A stretch of DNA of 64,000 bases from positions 63,304,001 through 63,368,000 of the forward strand of contig NC_086097.1 in the NCBI RefSeq assembly GCF_963921235.1, in the 5' to 3' direction. The first letter of the stretch is position 1. Each line of letters begins with the position of its first letter. Below the pieces are notes generated by a model, which saw nothing but the letters and a program-made list of their open reading frames with translations, had not been told where the DNA came from and made no database searches. A program made the position numbers and the translations under genes. This DNA is from Mobula hypostoma. Its lineage: Eukaryota. Shown here piece after piece: positions 25,202 through 37,340 of the stretch.

Positions 25202-27839
25202 ATCTATATCGTGCTGTATTCTTTGCCAGACTTCCACACTATCCACAAATCCACCAATCTTAGTATCATTCGCAAATTTACCCATCTACATTTTCATCCA
25301 GGTTATTTGTATACCATCACAAACAGCTGAGGTTCCAGAACAGATCCTTGCAGAACTCCACTAATTACAGACCTCCAGCTCGAATAAGTCTCTTCAACCA
25401 CTACCGTCTGTCTTCAATTTGCAAGCCAGTCCTGAATCCAAACAGCTAATTCACCACGGACTCCATGCATCTTAATCTTCCAGATTAGCCTCCCATGAGA
25501 GACAGTGTCAAATGCCTTACTAAAGTCCATGTAGACAACATCCACTGCTCTACTTTCATCAATCTCTCGCGTCACCTTGTCCAAAAATTCAATCAAGTTG
25601 GTAAGGCATGACCTGCCATGCTGGCTCTGCCGAATTAGGCCATGGGTTTCCTAAATGCTCATATATCCTATCCCTAAGGATCTGCTCCTATGATTTCCCT
25701 CCAACTGACATGAGACTCACTGGTCTATAGTTCCCAGGGTTTTCCCTTGCTCCCTTCTTAAATAGAGGTACAACATTAGCTACTCGTCAGTCTTCCGAGA
25801 CCTTGCATGTGGCTCTAGAGGACATGAAGGTACTGGTCAATGGCCCAGCAATCTCACCTCTTGCCTCCTTCAATTTTAAAGTTACTGATCCTCTCCATCT
25901 CCAAACCGCTCATAAGGTCTGGCTCATGGACCTCCGGCTTCTTTCTCCTGGAGTCGATAATCATCTTTTTGGTTTGGCTGACATTGAGTAAGCGGTTGTT
26001 TTTCTGGCACCATTCAATCAGATTTTCATTCTCCCTCCTGTACGCCGATTCGTCACCACCTTTAATTCGGCTAGCAACAGTGGTGTCATCAGCAAACTTA
26101 AATATGGCATGGGAGCTATTCATAGCCACAGAGTCATAAGTATAAAGCGAGTTGAGCAGGGGCCTAAGCACAAAGCCTTGAGGTGCACCAGTGCTGAAAA
26201 TGAGTGTGCAGGAGATGCTGTTGCTAATCCACACTGACTGGGGTCTGCAGGTGAGAAAATTGAGGATGTAGTTGAACAGGAATTTATTCAGGCTTAGGTC
26301 TTGGAGCTTAGTGATTAGGATTGAAGGGATAATGGCATTGAATGCTTAGCAGGAATCAATGAAGAGCATTCTGATGTATGCACCTTCATTGTCCAGGTGT
26401 CCCAGAGCAGACTGAAGAGTCAATGAAATGGCATCTACTGTTGACCTGTTGTGACAGTAGGCAAATTGGAGCGAATCCAAGTCACTGCTCAGGCATGAGT
26501 TGCTATGCTTCATGACCGACCTCTCTGAGCACTTCATCACAGTGAGTGTAGGTGCTACTAGATGAGAGTCAGTGAGGCAGGTTACCATGTTCTTCTTGAG
26601 CACCGGCATGATTCAGGCCTCCTCCTCCTCCTCCTCAGACTGCCAAAGTGAGATGTTGAGAATGTCCGCTTTAAATCAGCAACAGAGGAAATTCCCAGAA
26701 GAGTTTGCCTGGAATGGGGGGCTGAAGGTGTAAAGAGAGATTGAATAGACTGGGTTTATCTTCACAGGGATGTTCAAAGCTGAGGGGTGACCTGAAAGAG
26801 GTTTATAAAATTATGAGGCTCATAGAAAGGATAGAAAGTCAAAATCGTTTTTCTTGGGGCAGGGGAGTATAGAACTAGAAGGCACAGCTTTATAGTGAAG
26901 GGGAGAAATTTAAGGAAAATTTGAGAGTAAGTTTTACCACACAGAGGAGGTATTACTGGTAAGTATAATTACATGTAAAAGTCATTTGGGCAGGTAGCTA
27001 TATAAGCAAGAATGGAGCAATATGGGATTAGCATAATAAGTAGGCATCATGATCAGCACAGATAAGGTGGGTTGAAAAAGCCCGTTTCTGTATAAACCTC
27101 TATAAAAATGAATTGATTTAATATGGGGTTACAGAACACACTGAATATTTTGTTAAATGTGCAAAAAAAGGTATTGATTATTCTTTTGAGACATTTCAGG
27201 TAACTTCTGAAAGCCACAAATTCAATAAACTGACAACGTAAACAAGACAGGAATCCCCATACATTCACCTTATTAGTTCAGTATATTCAAATTGAGCTTG
27301 CAAACTGTCCCTTTGTGCACCAACATTCACTGACAGTAACTTTCTGAAACACTTTGAACAGTGACATATGATGCATAGACTGAGTACCAACAACTAACAT
27401 TGATAGTATAATTATTTCCCTTGATAATTTGAAGTGAACACGCTGTGAAGGATTGTTTTCTGTACCGTTACCACAATTACTCATAGTTCTACATTTCCTT
27501 CTCTGCAAAAAGATTTTCCTTATCTATCCTATCTATGACCCTCGCAATTGTATAAACTTCTATACAACTAAATTGATTTAATATGGCCTTACAGAATTAT
27601 GATCCTGGGTTTAGTCTGTGGGGTGTGAAATATAATATGTCATATATGACATATACATATTGCTTATTAATGCAAATATATATATGTATAGCATCTATAC
27701 ATTCATATAGATGTAAAATTACAGTACATCTAAGGTTACATATGTACAGGCAGTCTCCAAGTTATGTAACTAAGTTCTCTATTAGTCAGATATGTCCATT
27801 TACTATAGGATCCCAGATCATGATATTCATAAGACATAG

Positions 27840-27870
<31 letters not shown>

Positions 27871-27884
27871 GACATAGACATATA

Positions 27885-28385
27885 CCATGACTCATAGGAG
27901 AAGACCTAGGCCATTCGGCCCATCAACTCTGCTCCACTATTCTATCATGGCTAATTTATTATTTCTGGCCTGCCTTCTCCTTGTAACTTTTGACACTAAT
28001 CAAGAACCTATTAACCTCCACTTTAAATATACCCAATGACTTGGTCTCTACAGCCAACCATGGCAATGAATTTTACAGATTCACCACCTTCTTGTTAAAG
28101 ATATTCCTCCCCATCTCTGTTCAAAAGGGACATCCTTGTACTCCGTGGCTGTGTCCTCTGGTCATTGACTCTCCCACTATAGCAAATATCCTCTCTGCAT
28201 ACACTCTATCTAGGCCTTTGAATATTTGATAGGTTTCAATAAGATCTCCCTTCATTTTTCTAATCTCCAGCAAGTACAGGCCTAGAGCCATCAAATGCTT
28301 CTCGTACATTAACATATTCATTCTTGGGATCATACCCGTGAACCTTCTCTGGACCCTCTCCACATCCTTTCTTAGATGAGATTCC
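27885..28385 (-). mobile_element. CR1 LINE 3' fragment
   Basis: ERVQRRFTGMIP..GDLIETY..TRGHS. Confidence 0.85.
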
Positions 28386-28399
28386 ATAATTAGAGGAGT

Positions 28400-31300
28400 A
28401 GATAGGAGAGTCTGTGGACACAACAGAGAGTCTCAGATGTTATATTGCCTCCCAGGTGTCAGGGACAGTGACAACTCCGATCATGTCCACGACATTTTAA
28501 AGGGGGATGGTGAACAGCAGATGTCTTGACCCAATGACGTAGGAAGGAAAAGAGAAGAAGTCCAAAGAGAGAATATAGAGAGCTAGGTAGAAAGGTGAAA
28601 AACAGGACCTCCAGGGTAACAATTTCTAGACTGTTGCCTGTGCCACATATCAGTGAGGGAAAAAGTAGGATGACTTAGCAGATGAATGCGGGGCTGAGGA
28701 ATGTGCAGGGGGCAGGTTTTCAGATTTCAGAATAAGAATCAGGTTTAGTATCACCAGCATATAGTGTGAAATTTATTAATTTAGCAGCAGCAGTACAATG
28801 CAATACATCATAAAATATGGAAAAATGAATAAATAAAATGAATTGCACTAAGTATATATATGCTTATTAAATAGATAAATTAAAAACAGTGTAAAAGCAG
28901 AAATAATAGAAAAAAAGTGAGGTAGAGTTCATGGGTTCAATGTCCATTTAGAAATCAGATAGCAGAGGGGAAGAAGCTGTTCCTGAATCGCTGAGTGTGT
29001 GCCTTCAGGCTTCGTACCTCCTTCCTGATGGTAGCAGTGAGAAAACGGCATGACCTGGTGATGGGGATCCTTAATAATGGACACCGCCTTTCTGAGGTTC
29101 TGCTTCTTGAAGATGTCTTGGATACTACAGAGGTTAGTACCCGTGATGGAGCTGACTAACTGGGATCTCTTCTGAAGATGGTATGACATATACAAAAAGG
29201 ATGGGCTTCACCTGAGCCTGAGGAAGACGAATATCCTTGCGGGCAGGTTTGCTTGAGTTGATGGGGAGAGTTTAAACTATGGGAATGGGAATGATAGCGC
29301 TGAGGATAGGGATGTTGGTTTACAAGCAGAGGCAGTGTATGGTGAGACTGTCAGTAAGGAAAGGCAGACAACAGGGCAAAATTGCAGTCAGATGAGTTGC
29401 AGTGTAAAAGGAGGACAAAAATGAAAATGGTGACAAATACAGGACTGAAGTGGTTATATTTGGATGCACACTGTATACAAAATGATCTTATACCACAGTT
29501 AGATATTGGTAGGTATGATGTTGTGGGTATCACAGGGGTCATGATTGAAAGACTATAGTAATTGGAACTTAATGTCCAAGTATACACAATTTATTGAAAG
29601 TACAAGCAAGTAGGCAGTGGAGAAGAAGTGGTTCTGCTGGTAAAAAATGAAATCAAATCTTTAGGAATAGGTGACAGAGGGTTGGAATATATAGAATCTA
29701 TGTGAGTAGAGTGAAGAAACTACAAGAGTAAGAAGACCCTGATAGCAGTTATTTACAGGCCTCCGAACAGTGGCCAGGAAGTGGTCTACAAATTACAGCT
29801 GGAGATAGAAAAAGCATGTTAAACAGGCAATGTTACATTAGTCAAGGGGGGATTTCAATATGCAGATGGGTATGAGAAATCAAGGCGATACTGGATCCCA
29901 AGAAAGAGAATTTGTGGAATGCATCTGAGATGGCTTTGTGGACCTTGGTTGAGCCCACTGGGGGGTTAGCAATTCTGGAATGTGTGTTGTGTAATGAACC
30001 GGATAGGATTAAGGAGCTTAAGGAAAAGGAACCCTTAGGAAACCGTGATCATAATATAATATAATTCACCATGTAATTGAGAGAGAGAAGCTAAGGTCAG
30101 ATGTATTGGTACTACTGTGTAGTAAGGAAATTATAGAGGCATGGGAGAGGAGCTGACTAAGGTTGCTGGGAAGGGGGCACTAGCAGGGATGATGGCAAAG
30201 CAACCATGGCTGGAGTTTCTGGTAGCAATTTATAATGTACAAGATAGATACATCCCAAAGAAGAGCAAGTATTCTAAAGGCAAGATGACACAACTAGCTG
30301 AAAAAGGAAGTCAAAGCCAATATTAAAGCAAAAGAGAAGGCATACAATAGAACAAAAATTAATGGGAAGTAAAAGGATTGGAATTTTTTTAGAACCCATT
30401 GGGGGAAAGATAAAATATGAAGGTAAACTAGCCAACAATATTAAAAATAATACCAAAAGTTGTTCAGATATATACAGAGTAAAAGAGAGGTGAGAGTAGA
30501 TATTGGACCACTGGAAAATCACACTGGAGAGATAGCAATGGGGGACAAGGAAATGGAGGACAAACTGAATAAGTACTTTGCATCAATCTTCGTTTTTGAA
30601 GGCACTAGTAGTATGCTGCAGGTTTGAGAGTGTTAAGGGGCAGAAGTGAATACAGTTGCCATTACCAGGAAGATGATGTTTGGGAAACAGAAACATCTGA
30701 ACGTAGATAAGTCACCTGGACCCCAGGGACTACAACCCAGGGCTCTAAGGGAGGTGGCTGAAGTGATTATGGAGGTATTAGTAATGATCTTTCAAGAATT
30801 ACTGGATTTTGGCATGGTTCCAGTGGAATGAAAATTTGCAAATGCCACTTCACTCTTCAAGAAGGGAGGAAAGGCAGATTAAAGGAAATTATAGGCCAGT
30901 TAGGCTGACCCCAGTGATTAGGAAGATGTTGAAGTCAATTGTTAAGGATGTGGTTTGCAGGGTACTTGGAGACACATGACAAAATAGGCTGAAATCTGCA
31001 TGGTTTTCTTGAAGAAAAATTTTGGCTGACAAAACTGTTGGAATTCTTTGAAGAAATAACAAGCAGGATAGACAGAGGGGAATCGGTTGATGTTGTGCAC
31101 TTGGATTTTCAGAAGATCTTTGACAAGGTGCAATACATGAGGCTGCGTAACAAGCTTTGAGCCCATGGTATTACAGGAAAGACTCTAGCATGGAGACAGC
31201 ATTGGCTGAATGGCAGCAGGCAAAGAGTGGAATGAAGGGATCCTTTTCAGATTAGCTGCCGGTGACTAGTGATGTCCCACAGGGATCTGTGTTGGGACCG

Positions 31301-32575
31301 CTTCTTTTTACGTCGTATGTCAACTATTTTGGTTGATGAAACTGATAGCTTTGTTGCCATGTTTGTGGACAATAGGAAGAAAGGTGCAGGGCAGGTAGTG
31401 TTGAGGAAGCAGGGAGTCTGCAAAAGGATTTAGACAGAATAGGTGGATTGTCAAAGTGCACTTTGGTCGAAGAAATAAAAGCATCAACTATGTTCTAAAT
31501 CATGAGAAAATTCAATAAAATCTAAGGTGCAAAGGGATATCGGAGTCCTCATGCAGGAGTCCATAAAGGATAATTTGCAGGTTGAGTTGGTGCTGAGAAA
31601 GGCAAATTCAATGTTAGCATTAATTTCGAGAGGACTAGGATATAAAAGCAAGGATGTAATGCTGAGGCTGTATAAAGCACTGGTGAGACCCCATTTGGAG
31701 TATTGTGAGCAGTTTTAGAGCATAAGAACATAAGAAATAGTAGCAGGAGCAGGCCATCCGGCCCATCAAGCCTGCCCCGCCATTCAATAAGATCATGGCT
31801 GATCTGTCCATAAACTCAGCTCCATCTACCTGCCTTTTCCCCATAACACTTAATTCCCCTACTATGTAAAAATCTATCCAACTGTATCTTAAGTATATTT
31901 AGTGAAGAAGCCTCAACTGCTTCCCTGGGCAGAGAATTCCACAGATTCACCACTCTCTGGGAAAAACAGTTTCTCCTCATCTTCATCCTAAATCTTCTCC
32001 CCTGAATCTTGAGGCAATGCTCCCTAGTTCTAGTCTCACCTACCAATGGAAACCTTTTGTGCCCTTTATGTAAGAAATGATGTGCTGACATTAGAGAGAG
32101 TTCAAAGGAGGTTCATGAGAATGATTCAGGGAATGAGAAGTTCATTATATGAACAGTGATTGAAGGCTCTGGGCCTGTACCCAGCAGAATTTAGAAGAAT
32201 AAGGTGGGAGGATCACATTGAAACCTATCGACTATCAGAAGGCCTAGATCGAGTGGATGTGAAGTGGATGTTTCCTTTGGAGGGGTTTCTAGGACCAGAG
32301 GGCACAGCCACAAAATAGAGGGATGTCCATTTACAAAGGAGAGGGAGAGGAATTTCTTTAGCCAAAGGCTGCTGAGTCTGTGGAATTCATTGCCACAGGT
32401 GGCTGTGGAGGTCAGGTCATTGGGTGCATTTAAGGTGGAGGTTGATAGGTTCTTGATTTGTCAGGACATGAAAGGTTATGGGGAGATGGCAGGAGAGTGG
32501 AGTTGAGAGAGAAATGGATCAGCCATGATGAAACGGCAGAGCAGATTTGATGGGACAAATGATTTTATGGTCTTA
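28400..32575 (+). mobile_element. Long decayed CR1 LINE (ORF1 esterase, endonuclease, RT) with nested fragments
   Basis: ORF1 CLPG../TNDVG esterase remnants, IYRPP and GDFN endonuclease motifs, KSPGP, DF.KIFDKV, VPQGSVLGP, VRPHLEYC; interrupted by a Rex-type fragment (about 28730-29160, -) and a CR1 3' fragment (about 31717-32053, -). Confidence 0.88.
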
Positions 32576-35500
32576 TCTTGTTTAGCAGCCTCATGTGCAG
32601 CATCTTGGCAAAGGCCTTCTTAAAAATCAAAGTAAATAACATCCATTGACTCGCATTTGTCTATCCTAGCTGTTATTTCCTCAAAGAATTCCAACAGGTT
32701 TGTCAGATAGGATTTACCCCTAACCATGCTGACTTTGTCCAGTTTATCATGTGCCTCCAAGTACCCCAAAACATCATCCTTAATAATGGACTCCAGTACA
32801 CTTCCTTTAATTATTTCACTTCCCTGATTGGTCACCCAAATAAGACCATAATTCGACTAAAGTCAAATACACTGTATCCAGCCATAAAGGAATGCCATGA
32901 AACATTTTATTTTTATCATTATTATTTTTTGTAGTACTTCCTTGAAAACAATGTGTGAGAGAATTTGTGTGAAAACAACTTTCCATAAAGTGGATCATTT
33001 GTAAACCAGGGATCACTTGTGTTCTCACTACAGATTCAGCTAATTAGCAACACCCCTGAACAAGTAAACATGCAGAGAATGAATTGAAGAAATTATATAT
33101 TATAATTACCAAGGAGGTATTCATGAAACCATTGCAAGTTGATACAGGAGGCTGTGGTATAAAGCTTCAGGATGGTGCACCATGCACTAAAAACACAAAG
33201 CATGTGGTTTCCATATCATTTTCTGGTGTTTAAAGTTCATCCCCAACCACCCTGCATAAGATGCAAAGAAACCATGAACTAGAGCAAATCTCAAAGCTAC
33301 AGCTTTTATCACTTGGTAGCAGGAGGTAATTTCAGTTTAGGCATGTAAGCACAATCTAATTATGCTGTCAACTACCATAATAGAGGTTCTTAACGTGACT
33401 ATTCTCAATAGGAAGCACACATTCAAACATAGGGCCAAAATGACATTGCTTGGACCAGGAATAAAGAACTGATGTGGGAGTATGCATCTTGCATTTCTGT
33501 TAGAAAGAAGGCAGCTTGATTTTCAATTTGGAGGCACCTTGTCCTCAGGTGCAGATTCCCCGGCTGATTTCAGAGCCAAACACTCCAGGTTATTAAAAGG
33601 TCAACACACTTGCAAACAAAGCTTGTTCCCATATTCAAAGTTCACACCATTTCCTCAGAACTATTTATCCATCAATGATGCAGCAGCAGTGTCATCTGAG
33701 TAATGTGGCCAATGGCTGAGACTACTGTGTGCCCAGCAAAGCCACTCCACACACATGGAGGCTAATGCATCTACTTCCTATTAAGCAGTATGTGAGTAAT
33801 TTTCAACTGTGACTTAATGGACTTCATATCAATCACATACCAAGCAATGTACATAACACAGTATATTATATTTGTTTCATAACGTACAATAACAAAGAGG
33901 ACCATGCTAAAGTAAGAAATATAATATACTATCGAATCAATAAAACTACACCCAAATGTTTGATGCAGACAATTACAACTATCGGAAAAATTTAACTGAT
34001 ATATCTTTCACTTTAATGGATATTACTAGTGTTCCACTGATGAAACTAAAATTGAAGAAGTTATTAGAATCATAAATTTGCCCTGAATCTATAAAAAATT
34101 TTATGGTAAAAAAGTTATGCATTCTTTCACAGGATCATTGGCCTTCCTTAACAGAATTAACATCGAAGCATTTCATCTGTTTCCAAATTTAAATAAAACT
34201 GAGTTTTACCTTTTATTTTGACTCTGAATTCTTATTAAGTAAACTTCTTCCTCATTTAGAATGTATTAAAGAAATCTATATGTAAATAGTAACATTGTTT
34301 TCGGAAAGCACAAATTATGCCTTCATGGGTCTTTTTGTGTCCCTCTGGAAGGAAATGGGCAAGATTTTGTTAACTCTATCACCCCTTTTCAACTCCTGAT
34401 ACAGTTCACTCCTATCTTATGAAAATGTACTAGAGTTTGGAACTTAGGCGTCACCTTGTTATCCCTGCATGGACTCTAGTATTTAAGTGACGACCACCTG
34501 ACTTCTGGAATCTTCTGTGACTGTCACCTTGTGTCATCGCAGTGTGGATTTATGAACCCTACCTCACAGACACCTATACCTGTTCCCATGGATTTCGGAA
34601 CCTTCTGGATTGCCATCCTAGGACTCTGTTTACATTGCCTATATTTTGGGTTGAGTAAGATTTGAGAAGAACTGTTCCCAGACCTCCACAGTTGGTGAAC
34701 TAAGATGCATGGCACTGTTAATTTTTGGTTAGAGGAGTAATTGGTTTAATTGACTATTAAATTCAAAATACAGTTGTTTAACATTAAAAATCTGTGTCTA
34801 CGATCTACTGCTTCTGGCACGTAACATAAATTGGGGGCTTGTCATTCCTTTTGTCAGAGGGATCTGTTTCATTGAATGAAGAGTCATCTCCTGTGTCAGT
34901 GAAAATTCTTCGAGATACTGGGGCCTCTCAGTCACTCATGTTGGGCAATGTTCTAGAGTTTTGTGATGAGACCACCAGGGGGCAACATTGTTTCTGTACC
35001 TCTGCACAAGGTAATTTTGAAGTCAGACTTAGTTTCAGGACCTGTTAAGATAGGACTACGACCCAGTTTACTGGTGAAAGGTGTTTATTTGTTGTTTGGG
35101 AATGACCTAGCAAGTGGCAAAGTTGTCCCTGCAGTGCAGTTGATGACTAAGCCAATCACTGATGATCCAAGGATGGATTCTAATGTTTATCCATTGTTAC
35201 GTACCCCGTAACTGGATTGCCAAACCAGCAGAAATGGACCACTCATTGGAGTCTGGATTACTAGGAACTAATAAAGTTTTATTAAAGAAATAAGTAACAC
35301 TGTACTCTAATCGTACGGATATAAATGCAACAGGTTAGCAATGATAATACACACATGTACACAGAACTAGGGTAATAGGAATCAAACCAAGCTCTATCGC
35401 AGTCTAGGGGTAAAATGATCAGTCTTAAGTGACGCAGAGTTCAGTTCAGCTTAGTACAGTTCGCAGTAATCGCTGTTGTGCCGTTGGGGGGGGTGCAGTT

Positions 35501-36107
35501 TGTTTCAAGCAGACCTTTGATGTCTTCTATTCCGCTGTGGTCACCAACTGTGACCCCTCCATTCCGGATACGACCGTTCTTCCGCGGTGAACCCGACACC
35601 CAGGCAAGGGCGGACAAACACACCAGGTTCCCACCGATCGCACCTTTACACCCTGTGGGTCTATGGTCGGTTCCCGCGAACCGGACCTCCAAATTTCCAC
35701 CAACTTGTGGGGGCACACTGCTCTTTCCAGGGTCTCGTTATCTCATGATCTCGTGGTGTGTCGTGTGCCGAGCGAACCTGCTCTTTTTATCCCCCTGCTG
35801 GGGTATCGCCTGTCCATCAAACTTCAAACAGTTCGGGTTCAAAGCAACCGGTCTGTCAATATTCTGAATTGTGTTTCTTTTCCGTTAATCTCTCTCTCCT
35901 CTCTCATTAGCATTTTGAACGTTTCTCCAGTGTCTCTCTTATTTCTCTCATTAGCATCAATCACCCAATAACTTGGTTCGGCGTCACACCCCTACCCTTC
36001 AAAGGATTTTTACCGGGGTAAAAATCATGGGCATGAATGCACATTATTAGATACACACTAATATACAGGGTCATCAGCTATTCGGCTAATACAGAGAACT
36101 TTAAATT

Positions 36108-37337
36108 TCAACACCTTGACAGACAGTCAGCAATCACATTGTCCGTTCCTTTTATATGTTTTATTTTAATATCAAGTTCCTGTAAGACCAGGCTCCAACT
36201 TAGTAACCTTTTGTTTTTATCCTTCACAGTGGCCAAAAACACTAATGGGTTGTGATTAGTGTAAATTATCAGTGGTTTCCGTGCCGGACAAATATAAACT
36301 TCAAAATGTTGTAATGCTAGTATGATTGCCAGTAATTCCTTCTCCACAGTGGAATAATTTCTCTGATGGATATTAAATTTCTTAGAAAAACAAGCCACTG
36401 AGTGGTCAACCTCCTCTTTGTCTGTCTGCAACAGCACCGCCCCGGCTGCTTCGTTGCTAGCATCTGTTGCTAGGGAGAAGGGTTTTGAAAAGTCAGGCGC
36501 ATTCAGCACAGGATGGTGACACAGAATCGCCTTCAGACTCTCGAAGGCCTGTTGACAAAGGTCGTCCCACACAAACTTCGCATTCTTTGGCAAGGGCTCA
36601 GTAAGAGGGAGGGTAATATCCGCAAAGTTTTTGCAAAACTTCAGATAGTACCCCACCATCCCCAAGAACCTTCTCAGGGCTGTCTTGTCTGTCGGGGCGG
36701 GGACTTCAGAGATAGCCTGCACCTTAGCCTGCATCGGTGCCAGCTGACCCTGTCCTACCACAAATCCCAGATAAGTGACCTTCGCGTGGCCGAATTCACT
36801 TTTTGCAAGGTTCACTGTCAGGTTGGCTTCCGACAGCCTCCTAAACAGCTCCTCTACTGCCACAATGTGCTCCTCCCACATGTCACTCCAGACCACTAAA
36901 TCCTCAATATATGCTTCTGCGTTCTTTAACCCTTTTATCACTGAATTAATCATCCTCTGGAAGATCCCTGGGGCGTTTTTTATGCCAAAAGGTAAAACAT
37001 TATACTCGTATAACCCGGATGGAGTGATAAATGCTGAGATTTCTCTAGCCCGGTCAGTTAAAGGAACGCACCAGTACCCTTTCAGCAAATCGACCTTTGT
37101 GATGTACTTAGCTCTCCCTACTTTATCGATGCAATCGTCTACCCATGGGATGGGGTACACATCAGTTTTTGTGACGGCGTTCACTTTTCTGTAATCTGTA
37201 CAGAATCGTATGCTCCCATCGACTTTCAGGACAACCACACAGGGGTACGCCCATTCCGATTTGGATGGCCTAATAATATCTGTGGCTAGCATGTGTTCAA
37301 TTTCCTTCTCCACTAGCTTGCCCTTCTCCAAGTTCAT
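36108..37337 (-). CDS. Element B reverse transcriptase-RNase H (same frame, after the premature stop)
   Basis: RFCTDYRKVN, DLLKGYW, LPFG.KNAP, YIED (YxDD mutated), TDAS, EKELLA, ADCLSR. Confidence 0.92.
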   Translation of the reverse strand: MNLEKGKLVEKEIEHMLATDIIRPSKSEWAYPCVVVLKVDGSIRFCTDYRKVNAVTKTDVYPIPWVDDCIDKVGRAKYITKVDLLKGYWCVPLTDRAREISAFITPSGLYEYNVLPFGIKNAPGIFQRMINSVIKGLKNAEAYIEDLVVWSDMWEEHIVAVEELFRRLSEANLTVNLAKSEFGHAKVTYLGFVVGQGQLAPMQAKVQAISEVPAPTDKTALRRFLGMVGYYLKFCKNFADITLPLTEPLPKNAKFVWDDLCQQAFESLKAILCHHPVLNAPDFSKPFSLATDASNEAAGAVLLQTDKEEVDHSVACFSKKFNIHQRNYSTVEKELLAIILALQHFEVYICPARKPLIIYTNHNPLVFLATVKDKNKRLLSWSLVLQELDIKIKHIKGTDNVIADCLSRC

Positions 37338-37340
37338 CCT

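Larger units (their letters stand above)
21335..25870 (-). mobile_element. CR1 LINE fragment split by Tc1
   Basis: VDVVYMDFSKAFD.V.HGRL at 25414-25596; 3' end MRGIDGVD..LFP..TRGH at 21469-21687. Confidence 0.88.
20783..26670 (-). mobile_element. Rex1/Babar-type LINE (outer layer of nest; pieces about 20783-21333 and 25871-26670)
   Basis: LDSLQFAY..NRST, YIRMLFID, GAPQG.VL.PLL.SLYT.D, KFADDTT, HPGHALFSLPSSGRR; the two pieces join across the CR1 insertion. Confidence 0.85.

Noticed and set aside
35478..35867. 129/130-aa ORFs repeated at 35478 and 41035
   Set aside because: They lie inside the two LTRs of B, use non-ATG starts and show no domain; similarity follows from LTR identity
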